Assembly: GCA_964605525.1 (NCBI GenBank)
Contig: CAZSCV010000006.1
Span: 434 to 64,433, forward strand
DNA length: 64,000 bases
Source of the DNA: an uncultured Bdellovibrionales bacterium
GTDB lineage: Bacteria > Patescibacteriota > Minisyncoccia > Moranbacterales > UBA9337
Reading direction: 5' to 3'
In this document: positions 1 to 9,401 of the stretch, one piece after another
Layout of the letters: every line of letters begins with the position of its first letter
Position numbering within the stretch: position 1 is the stretch's first letter
Program-made: the position numbers and the translations under genes
Notes under the pieces: model-generated
The model's input: the letters and a program-made list of their open reading frames with translations, nothing else
Databases searched by the model: none
Told to the model about the DNA's origin: nothing

Positions 1-511
1 CCTCTCCGAACGCAGCTTCTATACTGCGATTATCGTTGCCGTTAACCCTGAGATGGTTTGCTCCTCCTGAGGGCGATACGCCGCCAGTATAATAATCCGT
101 TGCTTCTCCCTCCCAATCCAGAGGAAATTTAGCGGCATATCTTATAAAAAGATCGTCACCGAAGGTCATTTCCCTTCCGAATACAGTATTCGGATCCACT
201 ACGAAGAAGGAGTCGGTATCGTAATCATTGAAGATATGTCCGTTCGGATCCATACTCCTGGCAGAAAAAGATCCACCGAACGGACTGTCTGAATCCGCCG
301 TAAACCTATCCTTTTTACCGGCAATATCCTGGATAAAACCTCTTTCCAGGTAATGGCTCCAGATGTTTTCATCCAGATTATCATCTTCCTCGAAATCTGC
401 GCATATTTTCATCCCATCCGCCATCGGATTCGGACAATCGGCTTTCGCGGAAAAAGAAAAAAAAGTTATCCAGAAAAATAGCGCGCAAAATATAGCTATC
501 TTATTTTTCAT
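1..511 (-). CDS. Secreted protein of unknown function, partial (runs off window start)
   Basis: ATG at 511, 11 bp downstream of the stop of 523..2283. Frame stays open to the window edge: MKNKIAIFCALFFWITFFSFSAKA-DCPNPMADGMKICADFEEDD..., signal-peptide-like. Absent from the ORF track because it has no stop in the window. Confidence 0.7.
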   Translation of the reverse strand, partial: MKNKIAIFCALFFWITFFSFSAKADCPNPMADGMKICADFEEDDNLDENIWSHYLERGFIQDIAGKKDRFTADSDSPFGGSFSARSMDPNGHIFNDYDTDSFFVVDPNTVFGREMTFGDDLFIRYAAKFPLDWEGEATDYYTGGVSPSGGANHLRVNGNDNRSIEAAFGE

Positions 512-522
512 AAATTACAAAC

Positions 523-2283
523 CTACCGCACCCTCAAGACAACATATTTGGTGTCTTTGTTTCCAGCCTTGTCATAAGCCGTAAGGCGCATCGTATATAC
601 TCCGGAAGGGGCATTTGTTGGAATATTCATCGAACTGGATTTCGTTTCTTTTCCTTTTAACGGCCCGCTTATGAAAGAATATTTATAATGGTCGATTTTG
701 TTATTATCCTTAGCTTTCCACCAAAGTTTTTCCCCCTTTGATTTCGTCAGGAATGCAGGCAAATCATATACATCCGGATCCTCGGTATCAACCTTGACTT
801 CATATTTCAAAGATTCATCAATTTCATTTCCACTGGCATCATAAAATTTAAATTTAATTTCATAAGTATTACTTTTTTTGGTTTTTATGGAAATTTTCCA
901 CTCTCCATTTTTAACATCAGTATCATCATATTCATCACCGTCCACATAAGCAACCACTCTTCCGCCACTAAGACCATCGACATCTCCCTTAAACGAAAAC
1001 TTTTTATCTTTTGAATACATCTTTTTTGAAGACACGGCTTTCATTGATTCTTCGCTAGAAGATGACTTGAATTTCGGCTTATCAACATCAATATCAGTGT
1101 CATCTTGAACAACCTCAGCCTCTTCATCATCAACCACGACTTCATTAGAAACAGAAAAACTGATAGAAAAATCAGATGCATTGGCATTATCGGAACCATC
1201 TTGGCAACGGACATAATAATTATATGAGTTTCCATCAGTTAATCCACTAATGGTTTGGGAATGAGTTGTCCCCCCTGTAGTGGAAAAAATATTACTCATT
1301 GAAGTATACGCAACACTAGTAGAAGTTGAATATTTACAAGTTGCAGATTCATTAGTGGATACCCGAAGTGATGCGCTTGTGGTTCCTGCTGATAATATTC
1401 CATCAGATGACCCATTATCAGACACGACAGGAGCGGTAGTATCTGGAGTTTCGGAAACAGAAAAACTAATAGTAAAATCAGACAAATTAGCATTTCCGGA
1501 ACCATCCTGGCAACGCACATAATAATTATATGAACCCCCATCCGCTAGTCCTGTAACAGCTTGCGAATGAGTCGTTCCTCCGGTAGTGGAAAAAGTATTG
1601 GTCATCGAAGCATAAGCAACACCGGCAGAAGTTGAATATTTGCACGTTGCAGATTCATCAGTGGCAAGAGAAACTGTCGTTCCGGTAGTTCCAACCGCAA
1701 GAGATCCGGTAGGCAAACCATTTGAAAGGCTCGGAACGGTTGTATCCGGAGCTACCGGAAAAGAGATTTCCGCATCTGTTATTGTTCCAGAACTCAAAGC
1801 CACTCCTAATTCATCAGAAATCTCATTTACCCGCAAAGACAATTGAGTGGAACCGGAAGTAAATCCAGCCGTAGTTTTGGCGTAAATAGTAACCAAATGA
1901 ACATCACTTCCATTGGCATACCCAGAAGCTGTAATTCCGGCAAATCGCAGATGTCCATTTGCAATATCTGTGATATTGACAACCATCAAATAGCTAGAAG
2001 CATCCGCTCCTTTATCAACACCATCCGTTCCCTGCGTAGTATCAATTTCCACAAGATCGGGATCAAAATCGAAGTACATATTAAACGCGCTTAAATCTTT
2101 CCCTCCAGTATCCATATGAACCTCCATTTCAAAATTCGTATCACTTCCAACATCCTGGCTAACCGGAGTCAGCCAAATATCCCCTTCACTCGCCTTAACC
2201 CCCGTGGAAAATAAAATCAAACCTGCTGCTGCAAATATTGTCGCGACAGTAATCCTCCTTAAATTGTTCGTAATTCCCAACAT
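523..2283 (-). CDS. Secreted surface protein: cohesin-like domain + two ~101-aa FN3/Ig-like repeats + C-terminal Ig-like domains
   Basis: Signal peptide (...GVKA/SEG). Cohesin-like pattern FEMEVHMDT..LSAFNMYFDFDPDLVEI..G.L.FAG. Tandem PDTT.P..TCKYSTS..YNYYVRCQD repeats. C-terminal Y...LTAYDKAGN. Confidence 0.75.
   Translation of the reverse strand: MLGITNNLRRITVATIFAAAGLILFSTGVKASEGDIWLTPVSQDVGSDTNFEMEVHMDTGGKDLSAFNMYFDFDPDLVEIDTTQGTDGVDKGADASSYLMVVNITDIANGHLRFAGITASGYANGSDVHLVTIYAKTTAGFTSGSTQLSLRVNEISDELGVALSSGTITDAEISFPVAPDTTVPSLSNGLPTGSLAVGTTGTTVSLATDESATCKYSTSAGVAYASMTNTFSTTGGTTHSQAVTGLADGGSYNYYVRCQDGSGNANLSDFTISFSVSETPDTTAPVVSDNGSSDGILSAGTTSASLRVSTNESATCKYSTSTSVAYTSMSNIFSTTGGTTHSQTISGLTDGNSYNYYVRCQDGSDNANASDFSISFSVSNEVVVDDEEAEVVQDDTDIDVDKPKFKSSSSEESMKAVSSKKMYSKDKKFSFKGDVDGLSGGRVVAYVDGDEYDDTDVKNGEWKISIKTKKSNTYEIKFKFYDASGNEIDESLKYEVKVDTEDPDVYDLPAFLTKSKGEKLWWKAKDNNKIDHYKYSFISGPLKGKETKSSSMNIPTNAPSGVYTMRLTAYDKAGNKDTKYVVLRVR
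1144..1749 (-). repeat. Intragenic tandem duplication, two ~303-bp units encoding FN3/Ig-like domains
   Basis: PDTT starts at 1749 and 1446. Both units carry ESATCKYSTS, FSTTGGTTHSQ and SYNYYVRCQDGS.NAN.SDF.ISFSVS. Confidence 0.9.
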
Positions 2284-2328
2284 ATTTTTTATTTTAAGAA
2301 ATAAGTTTTTATTTTAAATACATATTAT

Positions 2329-3567
2329 TTACAAACACCAATCAGTTCCGGACATATCCAATCCAATTGAATTTCTCAATATTAACATCGCGTCTGTTGT
2401 GTTGGTCGTATCATCACAATTCACATCCCCGGTATTAACAGAATCATACCAGCTAGTCAGACTCATATCCATTCCTACAGAACTTCTCAAAACTAATTGA
2501 GCGTCCGTAGTATTGCTCACTCCATTTTGATCAACATCGCTTCGTTCAGTAGCGACAATCGCGCTTTCAACAACAAAAGACGTAACCGGCAAAACATTGG
2601 AAACATTTCCGGCAGCATCAGTCACTGTAATTGTACAATCCGAATATGTTCCATCTGCCAAAGAACTGAATGTAGTGGTATTATTTCCCAAAACAGCTGT
2701 CGTATTAATACTACTGCACGATCCTCCAAAAGTAATAGTTCCTGCCTCTGTTGAACTGAAAACATAATTCGGGGTACTATCGCTGGTTGGAGTTGCAACC
2801 GGAGTAATTTCTTCCAAAACTGGAGCAGTTAAATCCAAAGGATTAACCGTGATGCTCGCGTCAAGGACGCTTTGCAAAATATCCGTTCCAGCACCATCAT
2901 CCGCAATCACATCACTATCGTCATAACTTCCAACTGAATTAAAACTTAGTGAGATACTCTTACTTTCAGCAGAACTTTGAAGCGCTTGGAAACTTACAGT
3001 AGCCACAACCCCGGAAGACAAATTAACTCCAGGAGTAGGTTTTGCAACTGTAATATCCAAAATTCCATTCACTGTATCATTACTGACTATCTCACAAGTG
3101 CGATCCGGGTCATCCACATCACTACAATCCAATCCATTATCAAAAACAGAATTGGTCAAATCCCATCCTGTCATCTGAAAAAAAAGCGGATCATATTCAA
3201 TTATGGCTCGCGCGACAACCGCATCACTGCCATTAGTATCAACAATGACATCCAAATCAAAAACATCCCCTTCTGTGACAGCAAGAGAGTTTTCTCCGCT
3301 CTGAGAATCCAGTAAAGAAAGAGAAACTTCGTCAGCGGCGCTGGACATATTTTGAATATCCAACGAAACAGTCAGAATAACACTAACAAAAGCTCCAGCA
3401 ATAAAAGCCAGCATAAAAACACCCTTCCATGTTTTTATTTGTGTTTTTTTGGTAAAAACATACGTTTTTCCAAGCCAGGAATATGTCTGCCCAGCCACTT
3501 CATCAATCTTTCTCTTCTTAGGAGAAGATAGAAATGGTCCATTTTCATCTTTGTTTTTTGTTTCCAT
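2329..3567 (-). CDS. Membrane-anchored cohesin + Ig-like + C-terminal type I dockerin protein
   Basis: N-terminal TM helix. Cohesin-like FDLDVIVDTNG..IEYDP..G.VATVSFQAL. Ig-like T.TVTDAAGN. Duplicated dockerin F-hand motifs SDVDQNGVSNTTDAQLVLR and GDVNCDDTTNTTDAMLILR. Confidence 0.8.
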   Translation of the reverse strand: METKNKDENGPFLSSPKKRKIDEVAGQTYSWLGKTYVFTKKTQIKTWKGVFMLAFIAGAFVSVILTVSLDIQNMSSAADEVSLSLLDSQSGENSLAVTEGDVFDLDVIVDTNGSDAVVARAIIEYDPLFFQMTGWDLTNSVFDNGLDCSDVDDPDRTCEIVSNDTVNGILDITVAKPTPGVNLSSGVVATVSFQALQSSAESKSISLSFNSVGSYDDSDVIADDGAGTDILQSVLDASITVNPLDLTAPVLEEITPVATPTSDSTPNYVFSSTEAGTITFGGSCSSINTTAVLGNNTTTFSSLADGTYSDCTITVTDAAGNVSNVLPVTSFVVESAIVATERSDVDQNGVSNTTDAQLVLRSSVGMDMSLTSWYDSVNTGDVNCDDTTNTTDAMLILRNSIGLDMSGTDWCL

Positions 3568-3598
3568 ATTTATACTTTTTATTTTTAAAAAAAAGAAA

Positions 3599-4051
3599 CT
3601 ATATTTTTATCATTCGAATCAAATCGGAACGAGCAATGATTCCTTTTATCTTCCCTTCAAAATTAACCACAGGAATAATATGTAAATTCTTCTCTTTTAT
3701 TAAATCCAAAACCTTCTCGATGCTATCTTCCGGCAAAACGGTAATACATTCTTTTGTCATTATATCCGCCGCCGTTGAATTAACAATCTCTTTTATTTTA
3801 TCTTTTTCTTCGCTGTCTATTTTGCCTGAAAATTTTGTTTTCTTGATAAAATTTATATATGATGGCAAATGCAGATTGAAAGAATCCTTGATGAAAAAAT
3901 CTGTTTCAGTGATTATTCCAACCAAAACCCCGCCCTCAACTACCGGAACACCGTGGATTTTTTTTTCCGTCAGAATAGATGCCACTCTGTCAATTCTTTC
4001 TTCTGGAAAAACAGAAACCACTTCCGCCGTCATCACATCTCTTACAAGCAT
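3599..4051 (-). CDS. CBS domain pair protein
   Basis: VRDVMT..V.SV; IHGVPVVE.G.LVGIITETD; IIPVVN..GKIKGIIARSDL. Confidence 0.9.
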   Translation of the reverse strand: MLVRDVMTAEVVSVFPEERIDRVASILTEKKIHGVPVVEGGVLVGIITETDFFIKDSFNLHLPSYINFIKKTKFSGKIDSEEKDKIKEIVNSTAADIMTKECITVLPEDSIEKVLDLIKEKNLHIIPVVNFEGKIKGIIARSDLIRMIKI

Positions 4052-4129
4052 AAAAAAATATTACAAATTATCAATTATCAATTATCCACTACTTAAATTA
4101 TATACCAAAAACACATTTTTTCCAACAAG

Positions 4130-5287
4130 CTAGAAAAAGTTCTTTATCTTTTCAAAAAAACCCAGATTTGAAATATCCCGAAATGTAATGACGACCATAA
4201 GAATAATCAGAAATAAAAATCCTGCCGTATGCGCCAATTGCTCGAAATTTTTACTTACTGGAGACCCTTTTATTTTCTCAATAAGGATAAAAAATACCCT
4301 TCCGCCGTCCAATGCCGGAAAAGGAAGCGCGTTTATGATTCCCAAATTTATACTCAAGATAGCCGCAAATTGCAAAACATATACCAAGCCCAAAGCGGCG
4401 ACTTGCTTGGTAATAATCGCAATCCCAACCGGACCGGAAATATCCAAAGGAACGGATGATTTCACGAAAAGCATTTTCGCCAAAGCAAACAGAGCGCCCA
4501 AAATCATCATCACGAAATCAATAACTGCCATAAATCCTTTTGTGATAGACTGATACCATGGATACTTCACCATTGCAGTCCTGGCAAGAGAAATTCCTAA
4601 TGAACCCTGATCCGCCGGATATTCCATTCGAGGAACTCCTTTCAATTTCAAAATCTCATCTCCCCTTTTTATTTCCATTAAAATTTCCATTCCTTTACTG
4701 GCAGAAATAAAATCCTGGACTTGGACTGTTTTTTCAACCGAAATACATCCAGACCCGCTCGCCGCACAAAGTTTCGAAATTTCATCCCCCACTTTCAAAC
4801 CCATTTCCATTGCCGGAGTATTTTCCAAAACTTGGGAAATTTGCACTTTGGGCGAAACAACACTTGCGTCATCGCTAATGGATTCCGGCGCTCCCATCAC
4901 AAAAATTGCAGAAAATAGAAGCCATGCCAACAAAAAATTCATTATCACTCCAGCAGACAAAACCTTGATTCTTACCCAGGCAGATTTTGCAGAAAAACTA
5001 TCTTTTTCATTTTCTCCCTCCCCGTTTTCTCCTTTTATTTTCACAAATCCTCCCAAAGGAATCCAATTAATGGAATAAACAGTATTTACAGATTCAATCT
5101 TTTTATTTCCAAACACCAATTTAAATCTTCCCGTCTTCTCACTGCGCACGAATCCAAAAATTCTCGGAGGAAACCCAAATCCGAATTCATCTGCTTTGAT
5201 TCCGTTGCGAATCGCCATTACAAAATGTCCCAATTCGTGCACGAAAATCAAAACTCCCAATATTATGATAAAAATTAAAATATTCAT
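4130..5287 (-). CDS. rseP: RIP zinc metalloprotease RseP (M50) with PDZ domain
   Basis: HELGH, IPLGGFVKI, AGVIMN, PDZ GLKVGD, NALPFPALDGG. Confidence 0.95.
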   Translation of the reverse strand: MNILIFIIILGVLIFVHELGHFVMAIRNGIKADEFGFGFPPRIFGFVRSEKTGRFKLVFGNKKIESVNTVYSINWIPLGGFVKIKGENGEGENEKDSFSAKSAWVRIKVLSAGVIMNFLLAWLLFSAIFVMGAPESISDDASVVSPKVQISQVLENTPAMEMGLKVGDEISKLCAASGSGCISVEKTVQVQDFISASKGMEILMEIKRGDEILKLKGVPRMEYPADQGSLGISLARTAMVKYPWYQSITKGFMAVIDFVMMILGALFALAKMLFVKSSVPLDISGPVGIAIITKQVAALGLVYVLQFAAILSINLGIINALPFPALDGGRVFFILIEKIKGSPVSKNFEQLAHTAGFLFLIILMVVITFRDISNLGFFEKIKNFF

Positions 5288-5295
5288 TGTAAAAA

Positions 5296-5420
5296 AATTT
5301 CTAATTATTAATTTCTAATTTCTAAACAAATCCCAATTATCCAATGTTTAAATTTCAAAACATTGAAACATTTTAAAATTAAAAAATTGATTTAAAATTG
5401 GAAATTAGAAATTAGAAATT
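5296..5420. repeat. Inverted heptamer arrays, (AATTTCT)n ... (AGAAATT)n
   Basis: AATTTCT-type units at 5296-5323 and complementary AGAAATT-type units at 5400-5420, between frr and rseP. Confidence 0.75.
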
Positions 5421-5450
5421 TATAAAAATTATGCCCAACATAATTTTTAT

Positions 5451-6008
5451 CTACACCGTCATAATGTCCTTCTCTTTCTTTTCCCGCAATTCTTCCAATT
5501 TTTTGTTATATTCATCAATAATTTCCTGCAATCTTTCTTTTCCCCGAAACTTGTCATCCTCGGCCATTTTTCCATTCTTTTCAGCTTCCTGAATTTCCTG
5601 CCAAATTTCCTCTCTAATTCCGCGAACAGAAATCCTCGCATCCTCAGTTTTTTGATTAAGCGTTTTTACAAAATCTTTTCTTCTTTCTTCGGTAAGCGGA
5701 GGAATATTTATTCGAATAATTTTTCCGTCATTATTTGGATTGAAACCCAAATCAGATAATTTAATTGCCGCCTCAATATTCGTCAAACTATCCGTGTCCC
5801 AAGGAGAAATCACGATCAATCTTGGCTCGGGAGAACTGATATTTGCCATTTGTTTGAGAGGAGTCTTACTTCCGTAATAATCAATCAGCAATCCTTCCAC
5901 GATCCCGGGATTGGCGCGCCCGGTTCTTATTTTTTCCGCTTCATTTTTGTAGTGTACTATTGCATTCTCCAGATCCCCTTTCTTCCTCTCTATTATTTCT
6001 TTATACAT
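5451..6008 (-). CDS. frr: Ribosome recycling factor
   Basis: IRTGRANP, YYGSKTPL, NPNNDG..IRINIPPLTEERRK. Confidence 0.97.
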   Translation of the reverse strand: MYKEIIERKKGDLENAIVHYKNEAEKIRTGRANPGIVEGLLIDYYGSKTPLKQMANISSPEPRLIVISPWDTDSLTNIEAAIKLSDLGFNPNNDGKIIRINIPPLTEERRKDFVKTLNQKTEDARISVRGIREEIWQEIQEAEKNGKMAEDDKFRGKERLQEIIDEYNKKLEELREKKEKDIMTV

Positions 6009-6030
6009 ATTTTTATAATTTATTTAATTA

Positions 6031-7101
6031 TTAAAAATCTCTCAGACCGGCATATATTTTACTCGGATCATTGATATTATATTTCAACGCGCTTATACTT
6101 TTTTTAGTATCCAGCTGAAAAACCGACCATTGCGTCCCGCCATCATTGGTTTTATATATCGCTTGCGCAGCTGCGTACACAATCTCATTGGAATTATTCG
6201 GATTAACGGCAATAGCATAAATGGGAAATTTCTTTGAACTCCCGATAACATTCACTTCGGCGATACTATCTCCGAAATTGGAAGATTTGAACATTCCTTC
6301 CGACGTTCCGATATATGCGACTCCGGTATTACTTGGATCCGCAACAATAGATTTTACCGAGGAAGATGGAAAATTAACAATATCTTTTTTATCTTTATTT
6401 TTGTTTTTTCCCAAAAAAGCGAAACTAATTCCATTGTCTTTTGTTATCAAAGCTCCATCACCCAAAACAAGAAAATACACCGCATTCTCATTTTTCTCAT
6501 CAATAACTATTTTAGTTATCGGACTCGTTTCCGCATGAAAATCCTTCCAAGTATCCCCTCCGTCATAAGTTTTGATAATCGTCCCCTTACTTGTTCCGGC
6601 ATACACAATTTGAGGATCAACTTTACTAATCGCCAAAGAAATTATCAGTGTTCCGTCTGCCGGTTCGCTGTATATCTCCCGCCAGCTCGCCCCCCGGTCG
6701 TCTGTACGAAAAATTTTCCCACGTTTTCCCAAAACACCAGTTGCATAAATTGTTTCTGGTTGCTGGTGATTGATGGCAACTCCATATACTTTGGTTGCCA
6801 AAAACTCTGTATTTTTTGTCCATTTTTCACCGCCATCATTAGAAGAAAAAATTCCATTATCCGCACTTCCCAAATACACAGCCTCCGAATTAATCGGATC
6901 AACTGCCATCGTCAAAATATCAACACCAGAAATATTCGTTTTTTCATCATAATAATTTTTTGCTTCCCAATTATTTCCACCGTCAATATTTACCAAGAAA
7001 CCTCCCGTTGAAGTTTTTTTCACTCCGGACAAATCAAATGAACATCCGGAAAAAACAAAAACGACGGTTATTAACAATATAATTTTTATATAATTTTTCA
7101 T
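6031..7101 (-). CDS. Lipoprotein with BNR/Asp-box beta-propeller (Ycf48/VPS10-like)
   Basis: Lipobox FSGC. Repeated S/T-x-D-G-G-x-x-W Asp-boxes. Confidence 0.85.
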   Translation of the reverse strand: MKNYIKIILLITVVFVFSGCSFDLSGVKKTSTGGFLVNIDGGNNWEAKNYYDEKTNISGVDILTMAVDPINSEAVYLGSADNGIFSSNDGGEKWTKNTEFLATKVYGVAINHQQPETIYATGVLGKRGKIFRTDDRGASWREIYSEPADGTLIISLAISKVDPQIVYAGTSKGTIIKTYDGGDTWKDFHAETSPITKIVIDEKNENAVYFLVLGDGALITKDNGISFAFLGKNKNKDKKDIVNFPSSSVKSIVADPSNTGVAYIGTSEGMFKSSNFGDSIAEVNVIGSSKKFPIYAIAVNPNNSNEIVYAAAQAIYKTNDGGTQWSVFQLDTKKSISALKYNINDPSKIYAGLRDF

Positions 7102-7166
7102 ATTTTTATTCTAGCATATTTCAAGAAAAAACAAAAAACAATCCTCGTGGATTGCTTCATATATCG

Positions 7167-7218
7167 TGGTGCGTCGTGGGGGAATCCCAGTCCGCTGGTC
7201 CGCCCGTGGTGGAGAACC
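7167..7218 (-). pseudogene. Duplicated 3' part of tRNA-Lys (with encoded CCA), T-loop interrupted by a 27-nt insert
   Basis: 7167-7186 reads GATTCCCCCACGACGCACCA on -, the tRNA 3' end plus CCA. GGTTC at 7218-7214 is separated from it by insert 7187-7213. Confidence 0.75.
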
Positions 7219-7222
7219 TTTG

Positions 7223-7295
7223 TGCGTCGTGGGGGAATCGAACCCTCGACCGTTGGCTTAAAAGGCCACTGCTCTACCGACTGAGCTAACGACGC
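7223..7295 (-). tRNA. tRNA-Lys (anticodon TTT)
   Basis: GCGTCGT acceptor stem, D-arm TAGCTCAGTCGGTAGAGC, anticodon loop CTTTTAA, T-arm GGTTCGATTCC. CCA not encoded. Confidence 0.95.
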
Positions 7296-7346
7296 ATATA
7301 CTATTTTAAATTAACTCTGACAAATTCCATCTTTTTGCGGGCTACG

Positions 7347-7392
7347 CTACCGAGTGCTTGTCCGCCTGTGGAGGAAGCTAACGACGCATATA
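7347..7392 (-). pseudogene. Duplicated 5' part of tRNA-Lys, D-arm interrupted by a 22-nt insert
   Basis: agctaacgacgcatata (7376-7392) is identical to 7284-7300 and ctaccga (7347-7353) to 7274-7280. The insert at 7354-7375 replaces ctg. Confidence 0.75.
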
Positions 7393-7437
7393 TTTCAAAT
7401 TTTCTGCATTTCATTGGTCAACTTAACCAACCTAACT

Positions 7438-7465
7438 ATTATACTAATTCAAACGTATAAGTCAA
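7438..7465 (-). promoter_or_regulatory. sigma70-like promoter for the tRNA-Lys locus
   Basis: TTGACT-N16-TATAAT on - strand. Confidence 0.65.
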
Positions 7466-7467
7466 TA

Positions 7468-7983
7468 CTACTTCGATCTCTTGCTTAAGAAAAGTAAAAA
7501 TACCAATGGCAGAACCATCCAAAATATCTGCGCGTACAGCGAAGCAAAATAGCTCAGTGAACTTTCGGAAATATACTGCAAAACAATCTTTTTCGGCAAA
7601 TGAGAAATAATAATACTAAAAACCAGTCCCATCTCCAAAAAACTCATCACGAAAAGCCGCCAAAAAAAACCGCCTGGAACCGTGTTGGAAATATGAATAT
7701 CAAAAAGATAATCACCGATTATAGTTAAAAAAATAACTGCCGCCAAGAAAAAAACTGCCGGCAAAATACCGGAACTGCTCAGCCATTTTGCGGGAATAAC
7801 CCCCAAAAGCGCCACTGCAATGTAAATATTAATAAGCACATTCACCAAGCGAAACCTTCCAATATACATTCCCAATCCCACACTCACCACTGACAAAATC
7901 AAAAACATCGAAATATCTCCTGAAATTTTTTCCGGCAAACCCAAATCCACAAACAATCCTTGCATTCCCATATTTTTCAACAA
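7468..7983 (-). CDS. Hypothetical membrane protein (~5 TM)
   Basis: Hydrophobic 171-aa ORF directly downstream of the GT4 gene. Start uncertain. Confidence 0.75.
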   Translation of the reverse strand: MLKNMGMQGLFVDLGLPEKISGDISMFLILSVVSVGLGMYIGRFRLVNVLINIYIAVALLGVIPAKWLSSSGILPAVFFLAAVIFLTIIGDYLFDIHISNTVPGGFFWRLFVMSFLEMGLVFSIIISHLPKKIVLQYISESSLSYFASLYAQIFWMVLPLVFLLFLSKRSK

Positions 7984-7989
7984 ATCAAA

Positions 7990-9207
7990 TTAATTCCTTC
8001 TCTCTACTAGATTATACAAAATATTTTCAAATTGGGAAATATATTTGCCTTTGCTGTATTTTTCCAGAGATTCTCTTTGAATCTTATTTTCATCAAAAAC
8101 ACATTTGCCGCCAGCGATTTTATTCAAAATATCAATCATTTCTTTTTGGCTATTTACAATAAATCCATTTCTTCCATTCTGAATTATTTCCCCATAAGCT
8201 CCGGCATTAAAGCCCACAAAAGGTTTTCCCTGTGAAATGGATTCCAGCGCCACTAGCCCAAAAGTTTCCGGCAATTTTGATCCGGAAACAACCACCTCCG
8301 CGTTTCTGATGTATTTTTTCAGCATTATCTGGTTGAGAAATCCCAAACGGACAATTTTTTCGTTTTCCGGAAAAACAAAACCGCCCTCAATCTCCCCCGC
8401 CAAATACAATTTCATTCCAAAAACTTCCCCGAAAACGGAAATCAAATTTTCAACACCCTTATTTCGGGAAATTCTCCCGGCATAAATCGCATATTTTTCC
8501 CGCGGGCTGTTCTCCTTTTCTTCTCCCGCGCAACCTTTCTCCTTTCCTGCTATAAAATGAGGGATTATTTTTATTTTATCCGCGCTGATTCCCCGCTTAA
8601 TCAAAATATTTCTCGCAAACTCGCTCGGACAAATATACAAATCAATATTTTTTCGATATGTCCCAAAAAAATCATGCCAATACGCTTCCAGCATTGCCAC
8701 CAAACTTTGGAAATAAGAATTTTTGAAACATTTATCTAAGAAACATTGGTAATATTTTCCATTCAGGCAACGGTCATAAATTTTTCCGTTGTAATACAAA
8801 TCATAATTCGGACTTACCAATTTGTAATCATGTACCGTCATCACAATCGGAATGCCACGCTTTTTTATTTCAAACAAAATCATCGGGGAAAGCTGGTGGT
8901 AAACATTATGAATATGGACGATATCGGGATTAAAATCATCCAGCAACTTATTGATTTTTCGCTTCGCCTCCAAAGAAAAAAACATCCGGAAAATTCCTTT
9001 GATTTTTTGCGCCCAAGAATAATCTGCCGTATATCCGACCAAAGAAACAAAATATTTTTCCCATTTGCTTTTTTTGTTTTTCGGATGCTTCATCGAAAAA
9101 ACCGCCACCTCGTGACCGACACTTTCAAGCAAAAAAACAACATCCAAAAAATGCTTGTCCGCTCCCCCTTTGGGAAAATAGAATTTATTTATTTCTAAAA
9201 TTTTCAT
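7990..9207 (-). CDS. Glycosyltransferase family 4 (GT-B)
   Basis: Start MKILEINKFYFPKGGA at 9207; the upstream ORF extension is repeat-derived. PDIVHIHN, TVHDYKL, PETFGLVALE. Confidence 0.92.
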   Translation of the reverse strand: MKILEINKFYFPKGGADKHFLDVVFLLESVGHEVAVFSMKHPKNKKSKWEKYFVSLVGYTADYSWAQKIKGIFRMFFSLEAKRKINKLLDDFNPDIVHIHNVYHQLSPMILFEIKKRGIPIVMTVHDYKLVSPNYDLYYNGKIYDRCLNGKYYQCFLDKCFKNSYFQSLVAMLEAYWHDFFGTYRKNIDLYICPSEFARNILIKRGISADKIKIIPHFIAGKEKGCAGEEKENSPREKYAIYAGRISRNKGVENLISVFGEVFGMKLYLAGEIEGGFVFPENEKIVRLGFLNQIMLKKYIRNAEVVVSGSKLPETFGLVALESISQGKPFVGFNAGAYGEIIQNGRNGFIVNSQKEMIDILNKIAGGKCVFDENKIQRESLEKYSKGKYISQFENILYNLVERRN

Positions 9208-9235
9208 AATAATTTGCTCGATTGAATAATGAAGC

Positions 9236-9347
9236 TCTCGGTTTTCCGGAAAAATGTTTTTTTCGCAGCTGTCCGTGTCCCTCGAAAGGACCGGAGAAAA
9301 AAATATTTTTCCGGAAAACCATCTGGAGACTACCTGAATGCGCAAGT
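9236..9347. repeat. ~110-bp structured dispersed repeat, copy 1
   Basis: Long stem GGTTTTCCGGAAAAATGTTTTTTT...AAAAAAATATTTTTCCGGAAAACC (9240-9320) enclosing GTCCCTCGAAAGGAC. Near-identical copy at 18486-18598. Confidence 0.9.
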
Positions 9348-9401
9348 CTCAAAAGAAAGAATAACATATTCAAAAGGGACAATTGGAAAAAGAAAAATTT
9401 A

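Noticed and set aside
7167-7295. Prophage/ICE attachment site at tRNA-Lys
   Set aside because: The duplicate is adjacent to the tRNA, with no cargo or integrase.
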